A stretch of DNA of 64,000 nt, taken from Phoronis australis (taxonomy: Eukaryota; Animalia; Phoronida). This document shows positions 63,300 to 64,000 of this stretch, in pieces; positions within the stretch are counted from its first letter, which is position 1, and each line of letters opens with the position of its first letter. The position numbers and the translations under genes were made by a program. The DNA lies in contig NMRA01000278.1 of the NCBI GenBank assembly GCA_002633005.1, forward strand, positions 227,144 through 291,143, in the 5' to 3' direction. The notes beneath the pieces are model-generated. The model saw only the letters and a list, made by a program, of their open reading frames with translations. It had not been told where the DNA came from and ran no database searches.

Positions 63300-64000
63300 C
63301 AAGGAGAGCAGAGGGCGCGTGTACTGAGTGTCTTTACTCTTAGGATTCGCGACATAGCTATAAGTTTTTTTAAGTCAAATTTGTTCGGCACAACATTTCA
63401 AGTCCACCTACCTAGGGCTGGAAACCTAGTACTGGGGTTTTCCTCACAAAGTCCCATATTGTATATTCGGAATTAGGGATGTGGCGTGAATTTGTAAGTT
63501 ACTAATATATGACATATGATTGGATATATCAGTCGTGTAACTGGGAAGTTTCCGGTACATATTTCCCACTGAGAGAGTGAATATGCAACATCATCAATGC
63601 ATGATTGTCTTCACAGATAGGAGTGTGCTGTTGAATATCTGCTGTAGTTGTGGGTTATGTTGTATATTTCATTGTTAACTTCTTCTTTCCTTAGGCTTTG
63701 GGCCAGAGCTCATCGCATTAATTGTGAGAACAAGTCGTGTTGTAGCTGCAAAAAAACTCTAAAGAAGTCTCCCGCAAAGGGATAACAATCGCATCTGCAT
63801 AAATGACAGGAAGGTTATTTACATAAACCAAGAAGAGAAGAGGCCTAATACACAACCTTGTGATACACCTCTGCATACAACGAACCCCGGAGGAGATGAT
63901 GATGAAAGAACACCGTCGACACGAACACTATATGAGATCATGAAATTCCCAGTAATGCCATCTCGTTGGGCTTTGTGTAGAAATATATCCTCCTCCCCCC
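63300..64000 (-). mobile_element. CR1/L2-like LINE RT fragment
   Basis: Minus strand reads VRVDGVLS...RGVSQGCVLG and YAD; heavily degraded. Confidence 0.55.

Overview
Eukaryotic, AT-rich, repeat-dense sequence, most likely from a marine invertebrate (inference from gene and transposon types). The main feature is one long minus-strand gene, of which I could reconstruct 22 non-redundant, phase-compatible GT-AG exons between 41720 and the left window edge. It encodes an extracellular-type mosaic protein: C-type lectin domain, 4 EGF/cbEGF repeats, UMOD/GP2/OIT3-type D8C domain, linker, VWD domain, Cys-rich region and EGF, i.e. a VWDE-like protein with extra N-terminal modules. Its start and end were not found in the window. 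One EGF exon carries a 4-bp TA-CG-TA insertion that looks like a transposon excision footprint and shifts the frame. Introns and the upstream region hold a decayed full-length Ty3/Gypsy element (non-canonical LADD RT motif, non-TG..CA LTRs) nested in a decayed hAT transposon, a second LTR remnant, a near full-length decayed L1/Tx1 LINE, CR1/L2 fragments, a Polinton-type PolB fragment, MITEs, a tRNA-derived SINE and mini/microsatellites. Three near-identical duplications each abut a single 'n' and are probably uncollapsed haplotypes rather than real duplications. No prokaryotic systems or CRISPR arrays are present. All calls are by eye, without database searches.
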